DNA of 64,000 nt from an uncultured delta proteobacterium (lineage in GTDB: Bacteria; Desulfobacterota; Binatia; DP-6), in assembly GCA_963815115.1 (NCBI GenBank), contig CAWFFN010000012.1:285174-349173 (forward strand). The letters are read 5' to 3'. The notes below the pieces were generated by a model. It did not search any database, had not been told where the DNA came from, and saw only the letters and a list, made by a program, of their open reading frames with translations. Both the position numbers and the translations under genes were made by a program. Below, piece by piece: positions 28,550 through 37,257 of this stretch (within the stretch, counting starts at the first letter, position 1; each line of letters opens with the position of its first letter).

Positions 28550-29644
28550 TCACCGCGCACCGGGTGGCAGCAGGTAGAGCGTCAGGGCGAAGATCAGATA
28601 CACCATCAGCACGAGGACCCCGACGAACCAGGCGGAGCGTCCGCTGTTGGTCACCAGCGCCGCGGTCATCGTGGCGATGAGCATCATCGCCACCGCGCCC
28701 GGCCAGAACTGCAGGGTCATCGGCGTCGGGCCGACGACATAGCTGACAAGCACCAGCACCGGGGCGACGAAGAGCGCGATCTGCGACGCGCTCCCGAGCG
28801 CGATCCCCACGCTCAGGTCGAGGCGGTTCTTGCGCGCGGCGGAGAACGCCGCGACCATCTCCGCCGCCCCGCCGACTAGCGCCACCACCACGAACCCGAC
28901 GAACGCAGGCGTCATCCCGAGCGCCGTGGCAGCCACCTGCACCGATTCGACGAACACCTCGCTCACCAGCGCGACCACCACCGTGACCACCGCCAGCGTG
29001 GCCAGCGCGGTGGCGAGCGGCCAGGGCGCCTCGCCGTCCTCCGCGGATGCCGTGCTGGCGAAGAGCTCGCGGTGGGTCTGCAGCGAGAACACCAGACCCA
29101 GGCCGTAGGCGGCGATGAGCAACACGGACAGTCCCACGCTGACCTGCCCCGTGAAGGTCGCCCCCGCCACCGAGTCGACGTTCGAGACCGTCGACGGCAC
29201 CAGCAGCGCGACCGTGGCGAGGAAGAGCATGCTCGCCTGCACGCGAGCGCTGACACGGTTGTACTCCTGCACGTGGTAGCGGAGTCCGCCGATGAGGAAC
29301 GCCGCGCCGAGCATGAACAGCGTATTGGTGACGATCGCGCCGGCGATGGTCGCCTTCACCAGCGTGTGTTGTCCGGCCCGCAAGGCGGCGAGCGCGATGA
29401 CGAGCTCGGTCAGGTTCCCCAGCGTGGCGTTGAGCAGACCGCCCACCGTGTCGCCCGTCTTCGCGGCCACGGACTCCGTCGCGTGACTGAGGAGCGCCGC
29501 CAGCGGCACGATGGCCAGGACGGACAGCACGAAGAGCAGGGTGGACGCCTCGGGCTCGAGCCGTTGCGCGGCGAACACCACGGGCACGAAGACCAGCAGC
29601 CACAGCAGGGGGTCGTGGCGGATCTGCTGCGCGAGAGGGTGCAT
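28550..29644 (-). CDS. calcium/proton exchanger (CAX / ChaA family)
   Basis: The ATG at 29644 follows GGAGGA. Two alpha-repeats are present, LGNLTELVIAL and GGAAEMVAAF. There are about 11 TM segments. Confidence 0.9.
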   Translation of the reverse strand: MHPLAQQIRHDPLLWLLVFVPVVFAAQRLEPEASTLLFVLSVLAIVPLAALLSHATESVAAKTGDTVGGLLNATLGNLTELVIALAALRAGQHTLVKATIAGAIVTNTLFMLGAAFLIGGLRYHVQEYNRVSARVQASMLFLATVALLVPSTVSNVDSVAGATFTGQVSVGLSVLLIAAYGLGLVFSLQTHRELFASTASAEDGEAPWPLATALATLAVVTVVVALVSEVFVESVQVAATALGMTPAFVGFVVVALVGGAAEMVAAFSAARKNRLDLSVGIALGSASQIALFVAPVLVLVSYVVGPTPMTLQFWPGAVAMMLIATMTAALVTNSGRSAWFVGVLVLMVYLIFALTLYLLPPGAR

Positions 29645-29792
29645 GACGTCCTCCGGTCGTGCGTAGCCGGGATCGTTCCATGGCGCCAGGGACGTCGCGT
29701 CGCCCTGGCTTGACGGCAACGCAGGGGGGCCGTATCGCCTTCCCGAGTCCACGCCAGCGCTGCGACGCGCCTCGTCGAGCGGAGGAGGCATC

Positions 29793-30605
29793 ATGGAACG
29801 ATCCCGTCGTCTCGTCATGGGGGCGCTGCTCGTGGCGCTGGTCCCCGCGCTTCTCGCCTCGTCGCCCGCGACCGCCACGGAGCACGACGGGCCCGACGAG
29901 CGCGCCGCCGCCCGGCTCGATGCCATGGTCGCTGCTCTCTCCAAGGCCACGCGACTGCGAGCCACCATCGACGCGAACTGGGACGTCACGCAGCCGACCG
30001 GCGAGAAGATCGAGTTCGGCGAGACGCGCGTCATGACGATCCGCCGCCCGGATCGCGTGCGTGTCGAGACCACGCGGCGGGACGGAACTCGGCGCGTGTT
30101 CCTGTTCGACGGCACACAGCTCGCGGTCTTCGACGTCGATCTCAAGGTCTACGCGACGGCGCCCCGGCCCGGCACGCTCGACGCCGCGCTCGACTATCTG
30201 ACCCAGGACCTGCACATGCGCATGCCGCTCAGCGAGTTGTTCGCCGCCGATCTGCCGAAGACGCTGGCTCCCCTCCGCCACACCGCCCGCTGGGTCGATG
30301 CCGACACGATCGCGGGCGTCGCCACGGACCACGTGTTCCTCCGGGGGAACGGCACCGACCTGCAGATGTGGATCGCGAGCCAGGGCGATCCGCTGCCCCG
30401 GCGCATCGTGATCACGTACCGCCAGGAGGAAGGTCAGCCGCAGTTCCGCGCGACCTTCACCGAGTGGAACCTGTCACCCGAGGTGCCTGATGGCCTGTTC
30501 GCGTTCTCGCCGGCGGAAGGCGCGGAGAAGATCCCGTTCGCGGTACCGGGCGTCGCGACGCCGAGCCCGGCTACCGGCGCCACGCCGGAGAAGGAAGGAC
30601 CATGA
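29793..30605 (+). CDS. periplasmic LolA-like protein (DUF2092-like)
   Basis: A signal peptide is followed by a beta-rich domain. The stop overlaps the next start (ATGA). The family call comes from memory. Confidence 0.7.
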   Translation: MERSRRLVMGALLVALVPALLASSPATATEHDGPDERAAARLDAMVAALSKATRLRATIDANWDVTQPTGEKIEFGETRVMTIRRPDRVRVETTRRDGTRRVFLFDGTQLAVFDVDLKVYATAPRPGTLDAALDYLTQDLHMRMPLSELFAADLPKTLAPLRHTARWVDADTIAGVATDHVFLRGNGTDLQMWIASQGDPLPRRIVITYRQEEGQPQFRATFTEWNLSPEVPDGLFAFSPAEGAEKIPFAVPGVATPSPATGATPEKEGP

Positions 30606-31375
30606 GGGCACGACGTGGACTGGCCCTCGTCGCCGCGCTCGTGGTCACCGTCCTGACCGTGGATGCCTTCGCGCGGGGAGGCGGCGGCGGAGGCAGGGGA
30701 GGCGGCGGCGGAGGTAGGGGAGGCGGCGGCTTTGCTCGCGGCGGGGGTGCGAGCCGGGGATCTTTCGGCGGGTCTGGCGGCCGCCCCAACGCGGGCGCCG
30801 GATACGGGGGCGGGTATCGTACCGGCGGACCCGCTGCCGGGGGGTCGTTCAGCGGGCGGCCGCCTGGCGGCAGCTACGCGGGTCGGGGCAACTACCCCGC
30901 CGGCATGGCCGGAGGAAACGTCCAGCAACGTCCTGCTCCCACCCGCAACACCGGCGGGCTGCGACAGCCCGAGGCCGCACAGCAACGGCAAGCGCAGCGG
31001 CAGGACCAGCGCGGCCAGAACCTGGGCCAGCGGCAGGACCAGCGGGATCAGGCCCGCGAGGACTGGCAGAAGTACGGCAAGAACCAACAACAGAATCGGC
31101 AGGAGTTCGCCGACGACTACTACGACGACCACGGGAGATACTACGGCGGAGACTATTACGGCGGCTACGCGGGCGCCGTCGCCGCCGGCGCCGCCGTCGG
31201 CGCCGTCGCGGGTGCTGCCGCCGCCAACCCGCCGGGCTGGATGCTGGCCTGCACGCCGACGGTGGTCACCGTCGGCACGACGACCTACTACCAATGCGGC
31301 TCGGCCTGGTACATGCGGGCGTACCGCAACGGCGAGGTGGCCTACCTCATGAGCAATCCGCCTCCGGGCTACTGA
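30602..31375 (+). CDS. secreted glycine/glutamine-rich low-complexity protein with a Cys-containing aromatic C-terminal module
   Basis: The signal peptide is LALVAALVVTVLTVDAFA. It is followed by (GGGGGGR)n, a Q/R-rich stretch, and CTPTVVTVGTTTYYQCGSAWYMRAYRNGEVAY. Confidence 0.75.
   Translation: MRARRGLALVAALVVTVLTVDAFARGGGGGGRGGGGGGRGGGGFARGGGASRGSFGGSGGRPNAGAGYGGGYRTGGPAAGGSFSGRPPGGSYAGRGNYPAGMAGGNVQQRPAPTRNTGGLRQPEAAQQRQAQRQDQRGQNLGQRQDQRDQAREDWQKYGKNQQQNRQEFADDYYDDHGRYYGGDYYGGYAGAVAAGAAVGAVAGAAAANPPGWMLACTPTVVTVGTTTYYQCGSAWYMRAYRNGEVAYLMSNPPPGY
30677..30730 (+). repeat. in-frame 21-bp tandem repeat, about 2.5 copies, encoding GGGGGGR
   Basis: The copies are GGAGGCGGCGGCGGAGGCAGG / GGAGGCGGCGGCGGAGGTAGG / GGAGGCGGCGGC, read directly from the sequence. 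Confidence 0.85.
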
Positions 31376-31402
31376 GCGAGCAGAGCCGTTCTTGCCCCGG
31401 GC

Positions 31403-32050
31403 ATGCTGACGACCCTCGCCGACGGCTATCGGCGCCATCGCTTCGTCTGGCTCTTCTGCTCGCTCCTCCTCACCATCATCGCCTCGCCCGCGCTCCACGC
31501 GATCGCCCCGGGTATCAACGTCGTCGAGCTCCTGCTGGCGGTGAACCTCGTCGCGGTCGTCGCCACCGTCGCGCGCGAGCACGGCATGGGATGGTTGTTC
31601 TGGATCGGGGGCGCCTTCCTCGTCCTGCGCTCCGTGGAGGCCGTGAGCGGTATCCCCGCGCTCCTCCCGTTCACTCACGGCCTCTGGCTCGTCGGCTGCC
31701 TGCTCGGGATGCTTGCGACCGGCCGCCACGCCCTGCGGAGCGGCTCGGTCGACGCCGAACGCATCTTCGCCGCGCTCGACGCCTACCTCCTTGCGGGCCT
31801 GCTGTTCGGCGTGTGCTACTGGCTGGTCGGCCACCTCGACGCCACGGCGTTCAACGAGACCGACCTGTCCCTTGCCCGCGCCACCTACTTGAGCTTCGTG
31901 ACCATCGCGACGCTCGGGTATGGCGACGTGGTGCCGAAGAGCGAGCTGGCGCAGAGCCTGACGATCGTCGAGGCAGTCGGTGGCCAGATGTACCTCGCCG
32001 TCCTGATCGCGCGGCTGGTCAGCCTCTACTCACGGCAGGCGGATACGTGA
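31403..32050 (+). CDS. potassium-channel family protein (pore domain with TLGYGD filter)
   Basis: The selectivity-filter sequence is FVTIATLGYGDVVP. It is preceded by several TM helices. Confidence 0.8.
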   Translation: MLTTLADGYRRHRFVWLFCSLLLTIIASPALHAIAPGINVVELLLAVNLVAVVATVAREHGMGWLFWIGGAFLVLRSVEAVSGIPALLPFTHGLWLVGCLLGMLATGRHALRSGSVDAERIFAALDAYLLAGLLFGVCYWLVGHLDATAFNETDLSLARATYLSFVTIATLGYGDVVPKSELAQSLTIVEAVGGQMYLAVLIARLVSLYSRQADT

Positions 32051-32101
32051 CCACGCCCCGGTGGCGGGAGTGCGGGCAGGCGGCGGGCGGCGCAGGGCGG
32101 G

Positions 32102-33424
32102 TCAGCTCCCAGCGGGGATGCGCCAGAACGGCCGCCGGATCTCCTCGAGCGGTCGGCCCGGCTCGCCCGGCTTGAGTCCGTAGCGGACGAGCGCGACCAC
32201 GTCCGAGCTCACCGCCGGATCGGAGGTGAAATAGCTGTGCCCGAGGAAGTCGCGCGTTCTCTTTACCTCGATGAAGTCGACGAGATAGGCGAGACGCACG
32301 GCCTTCGCGGCCTGCTCCGTGCGGAGCCCCGCCACGTCGACCCGTCCGAGCCGTACGAGGCTCCCGAAGAGGAACTGGGAGAGCGTCAGCGCCTTGTCGT
32401 GCGAGGACACGTAGGCCGTGATGCGCACGCCCGGATCGGAGAAGACCTTGCGCGACTGCGGAGCGGCCCCGTAGGCCAGATCGGGATCAGAGACGACGCC
32501 GAAGATCTTCGACGCCGCGACGTCGGCGTCGATGTCCGGCGCCAGCAGCACGATGTTCTTCAGCTTGAAGCGGCCGGCGACGGAATCCCCGGAGAGATAG
32601 GCCTCGATGTTGAGCTCGCGCACTGCCGACGCGAGCACGTCCGTGCCGCGGCTGTGTGCCATCAGGTGGATGCGCTCGACGCCGGGAGTCTGCGCAATCA
32701 GGCGGATGGCCTGCTTCAGATGCTGCACGGCGAACTCGCCGGATTCGCGGTCGACGTTGTAGCCCGCCATGAGCCCGCGCGATCCGCCGGCCGGCCAGCT
32801 GAAGATCCCGCATACGAACTCGCGGCCGAAGAAGTGGCAGAGATCGGCCATGCTGAAGGCGGCATCCTCAAAGGTGTTGGCGTAGCCGTGCACGAAGAGG
32901 ACGACTTCCTTCCGGGGCGCGGCCGCGATGCGCCGCGCCACCTCTGCCTGGAGGCCCGCGGCGGCCCGCTGGTGGGCGTCGACCGTCGCCGGAGACCGCG
33001 TGATGCCGCCCGCCACAGGGTCGACGTCGTAGGGGATCGGCGGGAAGCGCCCGAGCTCCCTCACCGCGCCGAGCCGCAGCTCGAGCGGCAGCGCGCGCTT
33101 GCTCTCCGTGCTCTGCTGAGCGAGGACAGCCCAGGGGACCTGCTCGCCGATGTCGACCGTGACCGATCCGAACGCCATCGAGCGCGAACGATCGGAGCTG
33201 TAGGCGAGCGAACCGTCCGGCGTCATCTCGGGTACGCGGTCCGTGACATAGAGCAGATCGACCGACGTCGTCGGAGGTGGAGGCCCCGTGAAGAGCGGCC
33301 GCGCGCCGGCGCCGGTGTAGATCCTCGGAGTCGGCATCAAGCCGGGTCGACCCGCGCACCCCGCGAGCAGGACGGCGGCTCCGAGGACACGAAGGATGCG
33401 GGCTCGCTTCAGGGAGTGAGGCAC
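32102..33424 (-). CDS. alpha/beta-hydrolase lipoprotein (DUF900-like esterase)
   Basis: The lipobox is LLAGC. VVLFVHGYANTFEDA and the nucleophile elbow MAHSRGTDV are present. The ORF is open to 33511. The GTG at 33424 gives a normal-length lipoprotein signal, so the start remains uncertain. Confidence 0.8.
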   Translation of the reverse strand: MPHSLKRARILRVLGAAVLLAGCAGRPGLMPTPRIYTGAGARPLFTGPPPPTTSVDLLYVTDRVPEMTPDGSLAYSSDRSRSMAFGSVTVDIGEQVPWAVLAQQSTESKRALPLELRLGAVRELGRFPPIPYDVDPVAGGITRSPATVDAHQRAAAGLQAEVARRIAAAPRKEVVLFVHGYANTFEDAAFSMADLCHFFGREFVCGIFSWPAGGSRGLMAGYNVDRESGEFAVQHLKQAIRLIAQTPGVERIHLMAHSRGTDVLASAVRELNIEAYLSGDSVAGRFKLKNIVLLAPDIDADVAASKIFGVVSDPDLAYGAAPQSRKVFSDPGVRITAYVSSHDKALTLSQFLFGSLVRLGRVDVAGLRTEQAAKAVRLAYLVDFIEVKRTRDFLGHSYFTSDPAVSSDVVALVRYGLKPGEPGRPLEEIRRPFWRIPAGS

Positions 33425-33449
33425 AACGCGGCCTAGAGCCGTCGAGCAA

Positions 33450-33600
33450 TTGGCTGCCAGCAAGGGCAGAAGGTGGAAGCCTCTACTTTTTGCCTTCGGC
33501 GAGCACGACACCTATACGATCCTGGACATACTGAGCAACGCCGATATGGCGGCATTCGCAGCCACCACCAGCGCCACCGGAGCGGTGGAGATGGGTGGGC
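33450..33600 (+). pseudogene. 5'-truncated GYD-domain gene remnant
   Basis: LLFAFGEHDTYTILDILSNADMAAFAATTSATGAVEM matches the central FAFGEYD...A...SG.V block of GYD-family proteins. The roughly 45 N-terminal residues are missing and the C-terminal end does not continue the family pattern. The stretch is locally lower in GC. Confidence 0.35.
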
Positions 33601-33771
33601 CACTTGACGGGACCGCCGCGAGGCACGGAGATCGTGGAACCGGAGGGCCAACCTTGACTCGCGATCATCGCGACGTATCCCGTGCTACGGCTATCCGGTC
33701 GTCCTGCCGGCGCCGGCGGTCCAGCAGCGTACTCTGTAACGCCTACGAGCCAGCACGGAAGTGATCAGCAA

Positions 33772-34620
33772 ATGGGGATTCTGAGTAGCGCAGTCCCGGT
33801 GACGATGTTCGTGTTCGTGGTCTCTAGCATGCTGGCAGTGGGGTTGAGTCTCACCGTGGGGCAGATCGTCGTCCCTCTGCGCAATGGCAAGGTGGTCGCC
33901 CTCGCACTGCTCGGGAACTTCGTCCTCATGCCACTCGGAGCCTTCGTCGTCGCGAGGGTGCTCTGGCTCGGCGAGTCGCTGCGCGTCGCTCTGCTGTTGC
34001 TGAGCACGGCAGCCGGTGCACCCTTTCTCCCCAAGCTGGCGGGAATCGCCAAAGGGAACCTCGCCTTCGCGGTCGGCCTGATGGTGCTGCTGATGGTCCT
34101 GACGGTGGGCTACATGCCACTCGTCCTGCCGCTGCTGCTCGAGGGCGTCGCTGTCGATCCCACGAAGATTGCCCGGTCGCTCGTTCTCCTCATGCTGCTG
34201 CCTCTGGCCCTGGGGCTTGGAGTCAAAGCGGGCTACGCGCCCGTCGCTGCGCGCGTGCAGCCCTTCCTCGACCGGGTCTCCACGCTGAGCCTCGCCGTCC
34301 TGACGGTCCTGATCCTTGCGGCGAACATCAATAACCTGGTGGCGTTGTTCGGCACGCGCGGCCTCTTGGCGAGTATCCTCTTTCTCTGCGTGGGGGCCAG
34401 TATCGGCTGGTTTCTCGGCGGGTCAGTCCCGGATACCCGGGGAGTGATGGCACTGGGCACCGCGCAGCGAAATATCGCGGCCGCGCTGGTGGTCGGCGGG
34501 CAAAACTTCGACGATCCGCAGGTGGTCGTCATGGTGGTCGTGGTCGCGATTGTCGGCCTGCTCGTCCTGTTTCCGTTCGCGCGCGCGTTGGCCGTGCGGA
34601 GCGAGGCGCGCGCACCGTAG
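33772..34620 (+). CDS. bile acid:sodium symporter (BASS)-family transporter
   Basis: The ATG at 33772 lies within ORF 33682-34620. There are about 9 TM segments. LLLSTAAGAPFLPKLA and MALGTAQRNIAAAL are typical of the SBF/BASS fold. Confidence 0.75.
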   Translation: MGILSSAVPVTMFVFVVSSMLAVGLSLTVGQIVVPLRNGKVVALALLGNFVLMPLGAFVVARVLWLGESLRVALLLLSTAAGAPFLPKLAGIAKGNLAFAVGLMVLLMVLTVGYMPLVLPLLLEGVAVDPTKIARSLVLLMLLPLALGLGVKAGYAPVAARVQPFLDRVSTLSLAVLTVLILAANINNLVALFGTRGLLASILFLCVGASIGWFLGGSVPDTRGVMALGTAQRNIAAALVVGGQNFDDPQVVVMVVVVAIVGLLVLFPFARALAVRSEARAP

Positions 34621-34663
34621 CCAGCTACGCAACCGGCGCAACAGATGCGAGGACGGAGACTCC

Positions 34664-35602
34664 GTGCGAAAGGACCTTGCACGCTCGTGGTTGACCTCGG
34701 TTGGTCTGGCCGGAGCCCTTGTCGCATCTGTCGTGCCTGGCCAGGCGCAGGTCAGGGGTGTGTACCCGCTGGGCATGAATGCGACGAACTCCGGGGTCAC
34801 GCCGGGCGCGGGATTCACCTACGCCAATGCGCTTCTGTTCTACTCTCGCGACCAGGTGAGGGGGGCCAATGGCGAGGTCCTCGCCACCGGGCGGCAGTAT
34901 GTGCTGATGGACCTGAACACCCTCGTCTGGGTGGGCGACAAGAAGCTTTGGTTCCTGGGGGGTGCGGTCCCTTCCGCCTCGGCTACGCTGCCGGTCGCCA
35001 ACAACTCGCTTACGTCCAGCGCGCAGGGCGAAATCAGTGGAGGAGGCGGACTGGCGGACTCGTACTATCAGCCGCTCATCCTTGCCTGGAGGGAACCCCG
35101 CGCCGACGTCCGGGCCGTCCTCGGGTTCTTGGCGCCCACCGGGAGATTCAAAGCCGGCGCGAGCGACAACGTCGGCTCCGGCTACTGGACTCCCACCATC
35201 TCGGCGGGCCAGACGTTCTACCTGACCGCGAACAGAGCGACGGCGCTCTCAGCCTTCCAGATGTACGAATTCCACGGCCGTCAACAGGGAACGAACATCC
35301 AACCGGGCCAGACTCTCGACCTCGACTATTCGCTGACGCAGCTTCTCCCGTTGCACGAGAAGTTGCAGCTTCAGCTCGGGATAGTCGGCTACAATCAATG
35401 GCAGACCACAGACAAGACGGGGCCAACCATCACGCCGGCACAGGCAGCGGCACGCTACCGGGTCAACGCGCTCGGCGTTGCGGCAAACATGCTCTTGCCC
35501 GTGCAGAACGTGAGCGTGGGCTTCAAGTATTTCAAGGAATTCGCGAACCGGTCGACCTTCCAGGGCTACTCGCTGCAGCTCGCGGCCGCGCTGAGCTTCT
35601 AG
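34664..35602 (+). CDS. outer-membrane beta-barrel channel, MetA/phenol-degradation-pathway type (paralogue A)
   Basis: The GTG at 34664 follows GGACGGAGA. A signal peptide ends in AQV. APTGRFKAGASDNVGSGYWT is present, along with an alternating beta-strand pattern and a C-terminal Phe. Confidence 0.75.
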   Translation: MRKDLARSWLTSVGLAGALVASVVPGQAQVRGVYPLGMNATNSGVTPGAGFTYANALLFYSRDQVRGANGEVLATGRQYVLMDLNTLVWVGDKKLWFLGGAVPSASATLPVANNSLTSSAQGEISGGGGLADSYYQPLILAWREPRADVRAVLGFLAPTGRFKAGASDNVGSGYWTPTISAGQTFYLTANRATALSAFQMYEFHGRQQGTNIQPGQTLDLDYSLTQLLPLHEKLQLQLGIVGYNQWQTTDKTGPTITPAQAAARYRVNALGVAANMLLPVQNVSVGFKYFKEFANRSTFQGYSLQLAAALSF

Positions 35603-35703
35603 TTGCCGAGTGCGACGAAAAGGAGGACGAACATGGTGACGAAGGGTCCGAACCGCTCCCCGCGTTCTTTGACGCGACAGGGAGCTGGAGGTACGTGCTC
35701 ACG

Positions 35704-36237
35704 ATGAAAATCGAACCGAAGGCCATGGCGATCCCCAAGTCGACCGATCACCTCGAGAAGGGGCGGTACGGGCCGATTTTCCCGAAGACGCCCGCTTGTT
35801 ACGGGTTCACCATCGTGGCGACCCTCAAGCCGGGCAGGGCCGACGCGATGCGCGCCTACGGCGAAGCGGTGGTGAAGGCGCTCGACGCAGATCCCCACTA
35901 CCTCGCTCCCCTCAAGCTCCACTACCTGCGCTGGGTTCTCTTCGACAACGACACGCGGTTCATGTACCAGGGTATCTTCGACACGGACTTCGACAAGTAC
36001 ACCGAAGACGCCGTCATGCTGTTCGGAAAGGCGGGGCTGAACACCGCGTTCGAGAACCTCGAGGGTTTTCCGGACGACTGGAAGACGAATCCGGAGGCGT
36101 TCGTCAAGTTCGTTCGTGACCACCAGTGCAACAGCTTCCTGGAGTACGCGGAGTACCCGTACTTCACGAGCGACGAGATCAAGAAGGCCCTGGCGATGAA
36201 GGCGGCGTTCACGGAGATGCTCGAACAGATGCAGTAG
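35704..36237 (+). CDS. uncharacterised cytoplasmic protein (about 177 aa), DyP-cassette gene 1
   Basis: ATG at 35704 (GTG at 35696 is an alternative) follows GGAGG. The stop is 6 nt before the next start. LHYLRWVLFDNDTRFMYQGIFDTDFDKYTEDAV suggests an alpha+beta ferredoxin-like half-domain. No family was assigned. Confidence 0.7.
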   Translation: MKIEPKAMAIPKSTDHLEKGRYGPIFPKTPACYGFTIVATLKPGRADAMRAYGEAVVKALDADPHYLAPLKLHYLRWVLFDNDTRFMYQGIFDTDFDKYTEDAVMLFGKAGLNTAFENLEGFPDDWKTNPEAFVKFVRDHQCNSFLEYAEYPYFTSDEIKKALAMKAAFTEMLEQMQ

Positions 36238-36243
36238 GGGGCC

Positions 36244-37257
36244 GTGATGGGCGAAGCGACCACCGCGCGGACGTACAACCAGGACCACGCGTCGCGGAAG
36301 TACTCGCGTGGCCACAGGAGGGTGAGCGTCTACGTCGCGTGGAGCTATCCCGCCGAGGCCAACCGGGATCCGACGGTGCTCGACAACCGGTTCTCGACGA
36401 TGACCGAGGTCCGGCGGGTGTTCTGGCCCGCCTACGAGGAACCTCAATGGTCGGACCCGTCGAGGTTCCAGCAGGGGATCGCCGGGTCGCTCGAGCTGTT
36501 CTTCTGGGCTTGGGTGAAGTTCCAGCGTCTCGTCGGAGAGCTCACGGGGAACGTCGTTCCGATGTTCCAGCGCGTGGACCAGGCGGGCTTCGCGTTGCCG
36601 CTCGACGAGCGGGTCCTCGCCGACACGGACACCCTGTTCGTCTTCGGTCTCGATCACCTGGTCACCCAGCAGGTGCCGCTTCCGGAGGAGATCGAAGCCG
36701 TGCGCGAGTTCCTGGGGCGCGAGGGGACCTGCCTCGTCCTCTGTCCGCACCACGAGGTCGGGCGGTCCGACGACAGGAAGGAACGCGACCTCGAGTACCA
36801 TCACCACGGCGACGCGCTCGTGCCCCGACAGCAACGGTTCGGCGGGTACACGCGGGCGTTGATGAAGGGACTCGGGATCCCCGTCGAGAACCGGTGGGGG
36901 CTTCGTCCTGCCGTCGTCGCCGGGAAGATCGCGCCGCTGACGATCCGGGCGGACCTCGACGAGCGCGGATGGCTCACCGGAGTCCGCAACTTCAACTTCC
37001 ACATGCACCTGCCGCACTACGCGCTGACGACGGACGACACACGCGCCATCCACGCCCTGGCCCGACAGCCGATCGAGCTGTCCAGGCCGCATCCCTTCAC
37101 GGAGGCGGGGAACCAGGAGTTCAACGCGCTGGTCTGGATGCCGCCGGGCGACCAAAGGGCCGGCGACGTGCTGGTCGTCGACTCCACCGTGTTCAGCACG
37201 CTGTTCGGCAGCGACGCGAGCCTGGAGCGTTTCTGGAAGAACCTTGCCACCCAATAG
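36244..37257 (+). CDS. uncharacterised cytoplasmic protein (337 aa), DyP-cassette gene 2
   Basis: The gene overlaps the DyP start by 14 nt. TLFVFGLDHLV...CLVLCPHHEVG...EYHHHGD suggests a flavodoxin/GATase1-like fold with a His cluster. No family was assigned. Confidence 0.7.
   Translation: MMGEATTARTYNQDHASRKYSRGHRRVSVYVAWSYPAEANRDPTVLDNRFSTMTEVRRVFWPAYEEPQWSDPSRFQQGIAGSLELFFWAWVKFQRLVGELTGNVVPMFQRVDQAGFALPLDERVLADTDTLFVFGLDHLVTQQVPLPEEIEAVREFLGREGTCLVLCPHHEVGRSDDRKERDLEYHHHGDALVPRQQRFGGYTRALMKGLGIPVENRWGLRPAVVAGKIAPLTIRADLDERGWLTGVRNFNFHMHLPHYALTTDDTRAIHALARQPIELSRPHPFTEAGNQEFNALVWMPPGDQRAGDVLVVDSTVFSTLFGSDASLERFWKNLATQ

Noticed and set aside
30677-30730. A short tandem repeat considered as a possible CRISPR or other non-coding array.
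   Set aside because: The unit is 21 bp with no spacers and only about 2.5 copies. It is in frame inside a coding sequence, where it encodes GGGGGGR. No CRISPR-like repeat-spacer structure was seen anywhere in the window.
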